DNA of 64,000 nt from Callorhinchus milii (taxonomy: Eukaryota), in NCBI RefSeq assembly GCF_018977255.1, contig NW_024704760.1, forward strand, positions 1,922,001 through 1,986,000, read 5' to 3'. The position numbers were made by a program, and so were the translations under genes. The notes under the pieces are model-generated. The model ran no database searches. It had not been told where the DNA came from and worked only from the letters and a program-made list of their open reading frames with translations. Positions 41,634 to 54,950 of this stretch are shown in pieces; positions within the stretch are counted from its first letter, which is position 1, and each line of letters begins with the position of its first letter.

Positions 41634-41956
41634 AATAATAATAATAATAATCCTCGCATTTTGATATAGCGCTTTTCACGTCGGGAGGACGTCCCAAAGC
41701 GCTTCACAGAACACACTGTAAAGTGAATTGACTGTATATTTGTGGGCGAACGCGGCAGCCAATTGCGCACAGCAATGTCCACAAACAGTCGTAGATTGAA
41801 AATGACCAATTTATTATTGTTTTTGGTTTTGGAGGATTATTATTAGGCTCTGTGTGGAGTAAGGAAACTTGCCCGAGGTTTCGCCCTCTGCCTGGAATTG
41901 AACTCAGGTCTCTCACTTGCAAAGCGAGTGCTCTAACCAATGAGCTACAGGACTCC
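41634..41956 (-). mobile_element. Full-length SINE, same family, directly upstream of the AHCYL1 promoter
   Basis: Head, Deu-like core and (ATT)n tail all present. Confidence 0.85.
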
Positions 41957-42549
41957 ATGGGACGGGTGGTGGTTCTGGAAGGGTGAGATCAGATGGGTCA
42001 AAGGACCTTCTTTAACGAAATCAATCGTAGGATCGTGTGACGTATATTAGGGTCACTCAGTTTTTCTACTCAAGGCAAAAGTCATGCCTGAAAATCAAGC
42101 TGTTTTTCTTTTCAGATGCAGATTGACCTGTTGTGGATTTCCAGCATATCTAGCTTTATTAAATATATTTTCATAACAAAATGTACTGCATTAAATAATT
42201 ATCTAAGATACCACATCTGATATTAAAACTGTATTAGGGCAAACCGTGCAGAATGAGGCCATTCAGCCCCCTCAGGTCTGGGCCGGCTCCCAGAGCCACA
42301 AGAAAACATTGGCCCCCACCCTCGCTGGCAACCCTCCCTCTTTCGCATTGAATAAAATGGGCCCTGCGCCTCCTGGCCGTTTGCGGGGACGTACTGCGGG
42401 CAAACTGGCTTGTCAAGTCTCACCCACCAAGTACACAGTCACTCCACTTTCCCCTGAAGCGGTCTGCTGTGAAAGGTGTTCTTTTCACCATTCTACTTCC
42501 AAGTGTCATCGCCACTACCATGTGCGAGAGGTCACCTCGCCATCTATTC

Positions 42550-42862
42550 GTTTGGTTAGCCGGGCGTTCTGGAAGCCCATCACCATTGCTTAAGAGCATC
42601 CAAGCCAGACAAGAGTTTCACATCTGTTTACCACCTACATACTGTACATGGAGATTTCCCCAACTCCCGAATGGAATGCACATTCCCTGGAGGGATGCAC
42701 CCGGAGTCCAGAAAGTATTGGGTGCAGGTTGGCAAGAGCCAAGGCTTGGGGGGGGGGGGGGGGAGCCCAGAGTGCGTGTTGGAGTAGCTGCAGGAGTCTG
42801 TCCAGGTAAAACGGCATAGCTTGCCATTGAAAGCTTTCTTGCTGCTTGTTCAGCTAAGACCA
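42550..42862. repeat. Unclassified old dispersed repeat, copy 2
   Basis: Shares CCATCACCAT(T)GCTTAAGAG.ATCCAA.CCAGA and GGTGCAGGTTGG..AGAGCCAAGGCTTGG with copy 1. Confidence 0.7.
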
Positions 42863-44044
42863 TGTAATCGGTTCGTAGAGGGATAACTTGCTCCTCTTCT
42901 CTCCCCTCTTACTGCTTTTGAAGCAGTCACCAACTGGTTTAATTGATGCTGATTCTAACTATATTGCCACCAGGTGTACTTGTTGTTTTACAAAAACCTC
43001 AAGTTACTCGGGTATCAAATTGATCAATTTTTTGTGAAACATTTCAGCAGTCCTCCCCACATCAAAGATGCAATGTCAAATGCAGGGATTAGTTGTTATC
43101 TAAAACTGACGAGATATTGCTAGTTTACCCGTACGTTACTGGGCATCAAAGGTAGAAATTTTAAAGTGCGCGTTGGAAGCAGAAAAGCAGCGATCTAAAG
43201 CGTCTGCTCGGAAAAGTTTTGCGGCACTTTTGTGGCACAGCCTCACGCATTCTCATGTGCCTCAAAAGCCATTGCATTTTTAAAAACTTTCACAATATTG
43301 ACCTCCAGTGGTCAAACATGAATAGGCAGCCAACCTCACCTCCGCGGCGCGAGCCCGACATTAATTCAGAACCCGGAGGGAAATGTTCCACACAGGTTCC
43401 AGATCACCCAGAACACTGAGGCTGTGCATTGTGTGTCTCCCTGAGACCTCCCTGCGAAAATGTGCTACGACGCAAGTGCCTGTTGTAAAAATTAGTTGCA
43501 GCTGTGGAACGAAAGGCACTAAATCCATTTCATACCCACGTATTGAGTGAGATGGTAAATTCCGCATTTTGTGCGATCACATTTAAGTTTCAACTTCTAG
43601 TTTGAGTGGCGATATTCACCTTTTCGAATGGTCCAGTTTGTCACTCTTCATTTGTCAGGAACGAGCTTCACTCGGACATTCTCAGCCTTGTGACACCATT
43701 CTGTAGACTCCAGCTTCTTCATGCTGTTTAGTTTCTGCTTCAGGGCTAGTTTACACCAGTTATGTACTGACTACCACACTGGAACATTTAAACTGCAACA
43801 ACGAGCAATGATTGAACCGGGTATCATCTCATTATTGCACTGAGCACGCACTGTTCCTATGATGCATTCTTACTCAGAAACAATTCTAACCTTATTTAGT
43901 TGACCCGCCACTTTCTTCACCCCTCCCCTCTGAGAGATTGGATTCATTCACTCACATTGAGACCACTTATTTGCCCTCTGAATAAAATAGACAGATTTGA
44001 AAACAAAAAAAAACCACACGACACATTCTAAAGATAACTGAAAT

Positions 44045-44050
44045 TTTATT
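44045..44050 (-). terminator. GSTM poly(A) signal
   Basis: AATAAA on the minus strand about 80 nt after the stop. Confidence 0.6.
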
Positions 44051-44129
44051 CTCATTTGTTTGAAGCTTTGCTAACAAATTCTGGTTTCAAACCTACCAGG
44101 TACATTTGGAAACACGACTGGTGCTTTCA

Positions 44130-44222
44130 TTACTTGGTATTGCCCCACTTGGCAATCTTGTTATTGATTGGACCTTTCATGAAACGATCCGATTTCATGT
44201 AGGCAGAAATCTTCTCCAAAGC
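44130..44222 (-). CDS. GSTM: GSTM exon 8
   Basis: [33 protein letters not shown]. Confidence 0.95.
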   Translation of the reverse strand, partial: ALEKISAYMKSDRFMKGPINNKIAKWGNTK

Positions 44223-47200
44223 CTGCAACAGAGATTAGAATTTGAGAGCTTTAATGGGATCATTAATTCAACGACAATGGAAGAAACTGAATGGCTGAAA
44301 AGCTAAACAAAGAGCGTCGAGTTAACATGCTCCCAGGTCTCTGCCAATCCTACCACCACCAAAGCAAAAGCTGGCGTACATGGAGCTGAGGCCTATGGTG
44401 ACTGCAGTAAATTTTCTTCTTCTTCCGAGAGAAAGTAATTAAGTGTTTGCTCAAAGGTTGTTGCTACGACTGGGGACCCAGTATGAAAAATATTGGCAAA
44501 GGAGCACACATTTTTAAAATTCACCTTGCGTAACTATGTCATCAGTCGGATCGGGAGGATTTTTATTCCTACAATGTACCAGTTTGAATTCATCTCGTCT
44601 TGCAGTCACCTCTGCCACGTAACCAGCTCACCGCGGATCCACCCCAACACAAGTGGGTATTGAGCTACCAAAATCCAAGGTAACTGAAATTGTGAATTAC
44701 TCCATGCTGCGGCCAAATTAGCTGCTCTTTCGGCTTCAAAACTGTCCCAGAGATTGTGGGAGAGCAGTTAAGTCTACTTACCTCAAAGCGCTTGAGAAAA
44801 GCTTGCAAGTTTTTGAATTCATCCAACGACTTGGCTTCAAAGATAAGATGTTCATCCAACACTTCATACAGCAAAAAGTCCACAAATGTGATCTAAAATT
44901 TTTTTTTGGGGGGGGGGGGGGGGAGAAGAAAAGTGCATCAACAACGACGTGGGCTTATATAGCGCCCTCCGCACAGAGCAGCGCCTCAGAGCGCTTAAGA
45001 ATAAAGAAGCATAAAGAAATTAATCCAGAACTCTGCCGGGTGTAGCACTTCAGGACAATAAGATGCCCGTGTGAACAATAATTTTAGGAGCCAAGAGAAG
45101 CTATTTGAGCCAGCAAACCCGTCTGGTTTTGATTCAAGCTGCACCGCATGTCATCACAACATTCCCAAAGTCGGGTGGTTTATATTACTTCTCGCGCAGA
45201 AACTACGATGCTCAAGAAATGCCGTATTACACATCCTTCGCACACTTGATCCAAGCTTCACTGGAAGTCCTGCAAGTGTTCGGATTTTCTCAAGCTGCTC
45301 ACAAGGATGTGTTGTAAAGGTAATAATGGGTCAATGAGGCAAGGAGCAGCCTACCTCTCGCTGCAAAGTTATGCAATCACTCAAGGCAATACTATCAGAT
45401 TAGTAATAATAATAATCCTGGCATTTGATATAGCGCCCGATCACGCCTTCAAGAGGTCTCAAAGCGCTTCACAGTACACTGTAAAGTGTATATTTTGCGG
45501 GCGAAAGGCAGCAGTCAGTTGCACATGGCAGTGGCCCACAAACAATACTGTGTATCAAGCAATTTTGTTTCCAGATGATTGCATTCGTTCCTAGTCGAGC
45601 CACATAGGAAGCGCAAAAAGATAAGGTTTCTAATCTGCAGTAATAAGAACCCTTGCATTTGATATAGCGCCTTATCATGTCGTTGAGACGTCTCAAAGCG
45701 CTTCACAGAATCTATTGTAAAGTGGAATGATCGTAATTTGCAGGCGAAACCTCTTGGCCTAAGAACTCACCTTCTCACCAGCAAACCAGGGCTTTTCCGA
45801 AAGAAATGTTGAAAACTGCTTCAGCAAATCTGGCAGCTTCTCCACATAACCGGGCTTCAGTTTAACCTACCACGAGGCAGAGAATAAACAAAAAGGCTCA
45901 GGAATGCTTTCCTAGTTTTAAATTATACCAGAAATAAATAGTGTACAACTCACACATTCAACACTTATTCCTTTAAGTCCTAGTTTGTTCAGAGTACAGG
46001 GGTTAGACGCCAGAGGTTAAGTCTGTCCTCCCTTCACTCAGCATCACAGGAAAAAGGCAATTATAGCAAAAATAAATACAAATCCTGAGGTCAAAAATAC
46101 CATTTAAATAGCTTTAAATCTACAAGACGTAGGGTAAGTGTGACTTATGTTCAGGTCACAACTTTTATCAATCTACTAGCAGAACCCCACCGCAGCAGGG
46201 CCTTAGTCGCCAGGTTTTGTGACAAAGCAACATACATTAATTCACTTATTTCCTAACACTGGAGCATTCAGACTTTAACCCTTTTCCAAAAGGAAATGAA
46301 CACGCATACAAAAAAAAATAGCTTTGAGCAGGCAGCTGCTACTGCGAAACTCACAAAGTCGGGGCTGTAACAGACGCGGAAAAATTCCATGCGAAAGTCC
46401 ATACATTGGTTCTCGATAACATCAACACGGATTTTTTCATCCTCTACCTCCCCACCTGCAGAGAAGAGTTTAAGAAGACTACTGTGAAGTGTTCAAAACC
46501 AACTATAATAAACCAAATTCTGTGACTTCCATGTCACACTTTGTGCTTCACTGGGCAAGTCACTGAAATTTTGGGATGAACCATACAGTGGGAGGTCATG
46601 TGGGGAATATTCACCATTTTATCACAACTCTCCTGAGGTACTTAAGGGAATTATTATTCCCTGACCGCTTTTCCGGAGGTAATAATTCCTTCAAAAAAAT
46701 AATAGTAAATTGGTCATTCATTTCCTGACTGTGTGTGGGACACTGCTGTGCGCAATTGGCTGCTGTGTTTCGCCCACAAAATGCAGTCAATTCACTTTAC
46801 AGTATATTCTGTGAACCACTTTTAAGACGTCTCAAAGACATGGTAAGGCGCTATGTCAAATGCAAGGATTATTTTTTTTATTGGAAGTACTGCAAAGAAG
46901 CACTTCTCAAAACAGCATCTTTAACCGCTCTTATCAATCTGTATTTGTAACCAATGGAACGTAGAAATGAAATAAAAACTCACAAAGGCCGTGCTTCCTG
47001 GCTATGTAGCGCATGATTGCGTTGCTCTGGACAATTTTCACATCGCCGTCAATCAAATAAGGAAGCTGGAAAGAACCATTACAAATAATTACCAAAAAAA
47101 AACCCAGCCTCAGCTAAACAAAGGCTGCTCATTAACGTTCAGCTACCTTTGCTGGAAGCGAAGGGACACGTTTGATTTAATTTCCAGCACATTCAAGTAC

Positions 47201-50200
47201 TTAACCATCGTTGCGTAAAGCAAGTGCAAACTTAAAACTTCTGCTGCAACAGCCTAGTGTCAGATAAAGGACCACATCGCTGAAGAACATTGAGCCAAAT
47301 CTCTATGATAAAACCTGCCTCCGAACAAACAGTGTGGGGGGGAGTGGGGGGAAGAGAACGGGGGTTAAAGACCTCACCTTCGAAAGGTTTATTAAATACC
47401 TACATTTGGGAAATCCAGTCCAAGGGTGAACTTCTCTTTAAGCCAGGAGCCTCTGTCATATTCTGGGGCTGCAACAGAATAAAAAAGTTTTTCCCCCCCT
47501 CTCAAATATTGTACCAGTGCAAAGCTCCATTATTAAATCGTTCAAAACCTTAATACATAATATATTAATGTTCACGTCCAAATAAGTCACGTTACTTACA
47601 GTGGCCACATTAACTTAATAAATGTTAAGACGCCATATCACTCTTTGCTTTCCCTTAAACCGGGGGTCTGGTCGATTGCCACCGGGTACGATTTTTCAAC
47701 CACAAAACAACCACTTTACAGTATATCCTGTGAAGCGCTTTGAGACGTCTAAAGACGTGATAAGGCACTGTGTCAAATGCAAGGATTATTATTACTATAT
47801 GATCAAAAAGGCCTAAAGGAAGGAGTGGTAGAACTGGGTAGTTATTTAGTCCAATTGAAAACAAAGCCAGTTGTAGAAAGTGTTTCATGCATATCGAAAT
47901 AAAAATATAAACTCTGGAAATCTGTATGTAAGTGCTAGTTCCAATTCTATTTGCACCCAGAGGGCAATGTGTGGAATGGCGAAAGCCTCATTTTCTCTAC
48001 CTAGCTACCAACTACCAGGAGACTTTGGACTGTAGTTAAATATTTATTATTAGGCAAGAGGCATTTGGCAGCAGCTTGAAAAAACATCAGACACTTTTTA
48101 ATACGCTGAACATTTATATGCTTCCAGTCAGTTGGGTGAAGCTCTTCTGAGATATCCTCCCAATGTGAAAAGCACTAAATAATGTAAATTACAAATATGC
48201 ATAGCGTCACTGCTTCATGCTGCGCGCCTTTCATCACAGAGCACGAAGGGAAAGCAAGAGAAGTGATTCTCTACGTGTGCTGCTGTATTTGTACGAAAAG
48301 GATGTGAATCTCCAAAGTACTACCGACAACCCATTTGTCGTATCACCGCGACTCAATTCTGTTGCCGCTCAGCAGACATTTTTCCCTTCACAGTTTGAAT
48401 TCAGAAGAAATTTCACCTTCGCCAACGGAATACAGCTTCTCTTCGTACGGAGTTTCTGTGTATTCTAACAGCAGGCGGATCGGCTGAGCCAGCTGCAAAA
48501 CAGAAAGCCTCAGTCAGATATTTTTTGGTCAACAACAACTTGGATTTATACTCACTCAGAATAGCGTCCCAGAGCGCTTGATCAGCTGGCCGTCCGGCAC
48601 AAGCGGAAACCCCTCGCCGTCCCACTGATCCTCGGTTCAGTTAGGAATCGAGATGATTAAAAAAAAATATTCAAACTGCAACGTCGCCAAATTTAGAACT
48701 ATTTTTAATCCATTTCCTATAAACTGCTGTTCTGGTTTTTTTTAAAAAAAAGGTTGCAAATAACATTTCCTAAATTCACTTGCGTTTCTGGATGTTCTGA
48801 ATTGCACTTCTGTAAATTCAAAGTCGTTGGGGAGAGAGAAAGAGGGAGAGAAAGAGAGACGTTAAAGAATCCCAGGTGCAGGTTATCAGAATAGGCAGAA
48901 GCCAATGAGGTCAAGTAATTTACTGGTTTAATAGCTGTGCAGTAAATTAGCACTTTGAATAATCAGGTCACCCACTCAGTGTGCAACCACAAAGCATCTT
49001 CCCACCGGCAACAAACAAGTCTTAAACAGTTATAAGTTCTGTAAATAAGTCCAGATAAAAGCAGAAATCGCAGATTCTGTGTTTGAAACCTTTCCACCGG
49101 CATCATCTGAACTGATCTGATTTTTCCCTTTAGAAAAGCGTCTAATTTTTAATCGTAGTAAACCACGTCACGAAAGCAGAAGTGATTCACAACGCTCACT
49201 TGATGATAATAATCCTAAAGCAGAGAGCAACATCTCCCTGGGATGAAACTTGGCTCCAAACACGAGACACCTGGCAGAGATGCAACAAAAGCAAGGCTGT
49301 GCATTTAGAAATGTCATACTCTGGCAGGGAATGTGGGCTGATGAACTTTATGTATTGGGAGACAAAGGAGAGTTGTTTTTTAATTCTACTCTAATTCCGC
49401 CATTCTGGGATGGCAACAGCGCAAAAAACAACAGGTAAATTCATCCTAAGGTGGACATTGCCGCAAAAAACTGATCAGATCTTGGGAGTCCCTGTAAAAA
49501 AGGGTGACTATACTTCCCCGAATCAGGGATTGCCAAATTTGCCCCCTCTTGAGTTCAGCAACAAACTACAAACCAGAACAATAAAACTCTAAAAACACTC
49601 ATCAGAGAAACACAACCATTAATCCAACACCCTTTTCCAGCAACAGCCGGCATCAGGAATAATAATACCATTTGATACAACATCCTATCATGTCTTCTAC
49701 GTATCTCAAAAGAGCTTCACAGAATGTACTGACTGCATTTTGCGAGTGAAATGCAGCGGTGAATTGCACACAGCAGCGACCCACAAACAGTCATGGATCG
49801 AGGGACCGAATCACTTTTATTTTACTTCACGGTTTTTTTTGAAGGAAGGGACTCATTTTCTTTGAAGGGATTATCGCTCCCGGACATGCGATCCACCAAT
49901 CGACTAAACTGCCAAGGAAACACAGGCGTGTGGCGTAAGGAAAGTTTTCGCCCCGGCCCGGGAATCGCACCCAGGCGAGTGCTCTAACCACAGCACGTAC
50001 GGACTTCCACGTGGTCCTGCGGTATACCGCCAGGATTTGTGGCGAGTTAAATGTTTTAATATATACGTGTGTGTATATGCGCACACGCACACGCACGCGC
50101 GCACACGATGTGTCCCCGGATTTGGTTTACAAAGTACGGTCACCCTAAAGCCTCGCGATCCGTTCTACCGGCGGCTGTTCTCTCAAACTCTGCTCCTGGG

Positions 50201-51153
50201 AATTCTGAACTACAGACTCTGCGGAAAGATCCGCACAGGTTTAGGTACAAACTCCACAGCAATAATTAGAATAATCTCCACTGCCCCCCACCCCCACCCT
50301 CCTTCATGTCACAGGAAGCAATACACTCTCTTAAGATTAGCCAACGTGCAAAATAAACTCTGGTGCAGAGATCTGCAATTCCCAGTCACAGACAAAGGGG
50401 GAATGGAACAAAAGAACTCTTGTTCCAAAGCAAAACTATGTACACACACAGACACACAAATATATATATATATAGATAGATACACACAGTATATTTGTAG
50501 CCACAAAACACTGTTCCTCCAGATACAGGAAAGGAGCCTTTTACTGAACCGGATTTGATTTAAAAATATATGATTGAGCCAAAAGTGCATTTTATATGGG
50601 GTTGGAATGCAGTGGCTTTCGAGTTTCTGTGNNNNNNNNNNNNNNNNNNNNNNNNNNNNNNNNNNNNNNNNNNNNNNNNNNNNNNNNNNNNNNNNNNNNN
50701 NNNNNNNNNNNNNNNNNNNNNNNNNNNNNNNNNNNNNNNNNNNNNNNNNNNNNNNNNNNNNNNNNNNNNNNNNNNNNNNNNNNNNNNNNNNNNAGAGACA
50801 GAGACCGACAGAGAGACATACAGACAGACAGAGAGATACAGACCCAGAGACAGACCCAGAGACATACAGACAGACAGACAGACAGACAGAGAGACAGAGA
50901 GATACAGACCCAGAGACAGACAGACAGACAGAAAGAAAAACAAGACAGAAAGGAAGGAAAGATAGAAAGACAAAGGAAAGGAAGACAGAAAGAAAATAAA
51001 TTAGAGAGACAGAGAGAGAGAGAGAGACAGAGAACGAAAAGCCATTTTTTATTTTACTTTTCTTTCCCACACACTCCACACACGAACATGAAGCGCAAAT
51101 GCAAAACGCACACTCACCCCTCGAATATCCCAGTAACCCAACTTCATGACCAT
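44130..51153 (-). CDS. GSTM: Glutathione S-transferase mu class, 8 exons, 660 nt, 219 aa
   Basis: [12 protein letters not shown] (catalytic Tyr), mu-loop [17 protein letters not shown] and C-terminal [16 protein letters not shown]. Exon sizes 36/76/65/82/101/96/111/93 join in frame. Confidence 0.96.
44782..44892 (-). CDS. GSTM: GSTM exon 7
   Basis: [37 protein letters not shown]. Confidence 0.95.
45402..45750 (-). mobile_element. Two 5'-truncated SINEs in GSTM intron 6
   Basis: Family tails at about 45402-45560 and 45640-45750. Confidence 0.7.
45771..45866 (-). CDS. GSTM: GSTM exon 6
   Basis: [32 protein letters not shown]. Confidence 0.95.
46355..46455 (-). CDS. GSTM: GSTM exon 5
   Basis: [34 protein letters not shown]. 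Confidence 0.95.
46728..46875 (+). mobile_element. 5'-truncated SINE, GSTM intron 4
   Basis: Family core and tail. Another copy at about 47690-47795. Confidence 0.75.
46984..47065 (-). CDS. GSTM: GSTM exon 4
   Basis: [27 protein letters not shown]. Confidence 0.95.
47404..47468 (-). CDS. GSTM: GSTM exon 3
   Basis: [22 protein letters not shown]. Confidence 0.95.
48417..48492 (-). CDS. GSTM: GSTM exon 2
   Basis: [25 protein letters not shown]. Confidence 0.95.
49660..50000 (-). mobile_element. SINE with head in GSTM intron 1
   Basis: Tail, core and GGGAATCGCACCCAGG B-box remnant. Confidence 0.75.
50632..50793. other. Assembly gap (162 N) in GSTM intron 1
   Basis: Run of N. Confidence 1.
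50794..51030. repeat. (GACA/GAGA)n compound microsatellite
   Basis: Direct reading; it abuts the gap. Confidence 0.9.
51118..51153 (-). CDS. GSTM: GSTM exon 1
   Basis: ggccATGG Kozak; [12 protein letters not shown]|GTGAGT. Confidence 0.95.
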
Positions 51154-51454
51154 GGCCGGGAAACACCGAGCAGAGTGGGGGGGACAGACAGACAGAGGGA
51201 CAGACAGAGGGACGTCTGGAGCTCAGACACAGACAGAGACACAGACACAGACAGCACTGCCTTTATTGCGCAGCTCAGTGTCTGAAGGTCGCGCAGCGCC
51301 TCTCTTGGCGTTTCCTGCGCTCAGCAGTTTCGTTTGGCGTTGGACATCTCTGGACAGTACTTCTGATTCCCTTTCTTCCCCCTTCACACACACACACACA
51401 CACACACACACGCGAGGAGGTCAACAAATGCATAAATCGATATGTTACATCGCC

Positions 51455-52110
51455 CACAAACACACCGCCCATTCGCTTTACGGTCTGTTCCGCGAAGCGC
51501 TTTGAGACGTCTCGAAGACGCGATGGGTGGGGGGGGCGTTGCGTTCCAACGCGAAGGTTGTTCGTAACACCACCGCGATAAGGCGCTACGTCAAACCTCG
51601 GGGGATCATTATTTATTACCACGTGTTGTTGCAAAACCATATTGATGACATGAAGGTAATAAACTAATATCACTCGTGTTTGACGCGGCCGTTGAGACGT
51701 CTGTAAAGCTCTTCGCGGAATGTACTCTGAAGTGGATCGACTATTAATTCGTTGTGGATTAATTAATATATCGTTGACTGTGAATTGAACGCACGGCGCC
51801 ATTATTTTTTTATTTCACGGAAATGATTCCGAATTGTTTTTGAAATGTTATTCTTGTGTGTGTGTGTGTGTGTAAAACATAAAAGAGTAGTAACTGTGGG
51901 AGGCACACGCACCGCTTATCTAATTCCGGAGAGTATTAAGCGTTGGTGAATAATAATACTAATAATCCTTGCATACGATACAGCGCCTTATCGCGTGGAC
52001 GAGACGTCTCAAAGCGCTTCACGGGATTTTTTAGCGTAAGGTGCAGCGACTGCGTATTTTGTGGGCGACACGCAGCAGCCCAACCACATCCCGCAAACAG
52101 CCGCGGAGCG
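51455..52110. mobile_element. Inverted SINE pair upstream of GSTM (about 51455-51615 plus, 51950-52110 minus)
   Basis: CpG-rich family tails in opposite orientation. Confidence 0.7.
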
Positions 52111-54486
52111 AGCGAGCGAGCGATCTTATTTCACGCGACCTTTCTCGGCGGAAACAGCATGGCAGGCCAAGAACTTTTGAACAATTCTTTATTGCAATAC
52201 TTCAGCTTCATTACATTGTCTCAGCAATCTCACACGAACGGAATTAACAAGCAGGTACGTTACGGTGCAAAACTAGCAGTTCGAACAATCGGTGGTTTCC
52301 AGTAGATCTACGGAAGTCCTCAGTTACCACATTCCTACCACAAGAGCCAGGCCAACGTGAGTCCGTGGTTATGTTTCAAAAGTCATGACATAAATTAAAT
52401 GATTGAGCTAACGGACAACATGCCATTAACACAGATCAACGCCTTCGCTCAATGGACCACCACAAAATATATATACAATTTTATGAAAGGTCAATAAAGT
52501 TTGCCCACTGTTTTAGTAGTTCAAACTTGGTGCTCTCACGTGCTTTTTTTTTAAAACAGAGAACAGGTAGTGGACACTTGTGTTAAAGACACGTGTCAGA
52601 TTTAGGCGCTGAACATTAAAGGGAGTGGCGGGGGGGGGGGGATAAACACCAGTCAACAACAATTGTTGGGAGAACTTTGTTAAGGTAAAAAAAAAGTGAA
52701 GTAAGGAGAAACTGGTGGTATATATATTATATGTATATGTATATATATAATGTAAGGCAGACATGTTATCTTCAACATTTTCTGCAAACATCACCCTTAC
52801 AGAAGCGTTCATTGTATAAGCAATTAGTCATAAGAAATGATGGTAAATCTAGAATTTAAAAAAAAACACACCCGTGATTCACTTGGCATTTGTTCTGAAT
52901 AATTTGCACGTCAAACAGCATTTTTACCCGTCCGAATTAAGGATCAAACATGTAGCGACAAGTTACAGCAACCACACTGTGGGCAGCAACCAAGAAAGGG
53001 GCAGAAAAAACACTCGACAGCGAAAGCACAATTGGAGTAGGAACTCTCAATATTCCTAGAGCAGCATTCCTCAAGTACTGTACAGTATTGTAACTCTTCC
53101 GGGTTACGTGTAGTTAAGTTTCATGTCGCCGTAAAACACCCAGGAAAGGGAAATGGGAATAAAGATGGGGAGTGTCAACTTCCCCCACAATAAAATGCTT
53201 TCCCCCCCAATTAGCCCAACCAGCTCATGATAGGAAGTATTTAACCACCATATATATGATTGTACCCCAAGCGAGACTTTCAAGCAGGTTTATACCGACT
53301 GCTATTATCAGGTGTGTGGAACGGTATCAAATGGAGATCCACATGTCAGTAAACAAAGTACAGTACCTAACCACCAACCTCGAGGCCTTGAGTGTTCGAG
53401 AACACAGCATTTAACACATGACAATATTTTACTGTAATATTCCCAAAGTACAGGAGGTAGTTAAGCTCAGTCCTGGTAACACTGAATAGAGTACTGTATA
53501 AAATGTTCAATGGCTGTAGCCCAGGACGACTCCCATTGGTGTGGCCGAGGAGATCAGCTACAGTGAGAGACTGGCTCATTAAAAAGACAGATGGGGGACT
53601 ATTCTTCTGATGATTGTGTTGACAACCATTTAGTGAAGAATGGCAGCAGTGTTGGGAAAATCACTGAGCCAACATTACTAACTGTGCGATAAAACTCTGG
53701 CCCAATACTTACCACAGACAGTGGCACTGAAAAAGACTTTAGCTTCAGTTGCGATGAGTTTTATTCTATTTTATTTAGCAACTTTATTCCGCCTGTGACT
53801 CGTCGCAGTGTCTATTTACAGTCCAATTCTCAACAGGAAATTGGGGGAGGGGAGAATGAATAAAGTTTGAACTCAGGGTTCCAACTAATAAAGCTTTCTC
53901 TTGCGATTCAAAACAAAAGTTGTGGGACGTAACATTTGACACGGCCAGAAAAATACAAGCCAAACCCCTCGACAATCTTAAATCACTCCAGGTCCTTAAG
54001 ATCGTAGTCTGAAAATGTCAGGTCAGGCAGAATTTTGGAAAACTCTCAAACTCTTAGAAGCTGGATCTCAAAAACAATTGCAGGAGATCCATCGGCCTCC
54101 AAATTTAGCCTAAACTGAAGGTTTTTTTCTCTCTACAAAACGTCTGTACAAATCTTAAACCTTAAGAATCGCTTGAGAGATACTTTGGGTGTATTGTTGT
54201 GTACATAACAGCTCAATTACTGGTTTTACATTCTGAACGAGTGTGCGTAGACTGGGCTGAATAAAATGGCATCAAAGGTGCTATAATTTTCTCACCACTG
54301 TATGAAAATGTCATCAATTGTAACATGCAGCTCATTTTTTTGTACATAAACATTTGCCGTTTGGTGATGGATTCACTAAATGAAATTTCTGGTTCTGCAG
54401 GTTAAACAGACATTCGTGCATGTTATCAGCAAATCGCAAGAGTTTCAGTTGCCCCAGTGCAACACGCCACAACTCACTGGGTAGTG

Positions 54487-54540
54487 GTCAGTCAGTCAGT
54501 CAATCAATCAATCAATTAATCAATCAATCAATCAATCAAC
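54487..54540. repeat. (GTCA/ATCA)n microsatellite
   Basis: Direct reading. Confidence 0.85.
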
Positions 54541-54554
54541 TGGGTTATAATAAA

Positions 54555-54950
54555 ATATTGATAATATGCCTTGTATTTGATAGAGCGTCTTGTCACGTCT
54601 TCGAGACGTCTCAAAGCCCTTTACAGTTCCATTGGGAACAGCCTTAATGTTCCCAAAGTGGCATTTAGTCTTCAAGACTTGGATTAAAAATTAAATTGGG
54701 CAAATTGGAGTTTCAACCTGCAATTGGGTTTCAGATAGATGGACAGAAACCATTTCTGAATACCCACGGGGCTGCGGATTGGATTACAAACTCCAAATTA
54801 AATAGTCTCAGCCCAATAATTGTTCCTACAGAGTCAGTTCATCTTCTATTACACTGTAAAGTGGATTGACTGTGTGTGTTTTGGGGGGTGAAACGCGGTA
54901 GCCAGTTCCGCACAGCAGTGTCCCACAAACAGTCATGCAGTGAGTCACCA
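54555..54950 (-). mobile_element. SINE fragments (about 54555-54620 and 54845-54950)
   Basis: Family tail and core. Confidence 0.65.

Noticed and set aside
50309-51285. Long ORFs around the gap
   Set aside because: Artefacts of N runs and the GACA/GAGA microsatellite.
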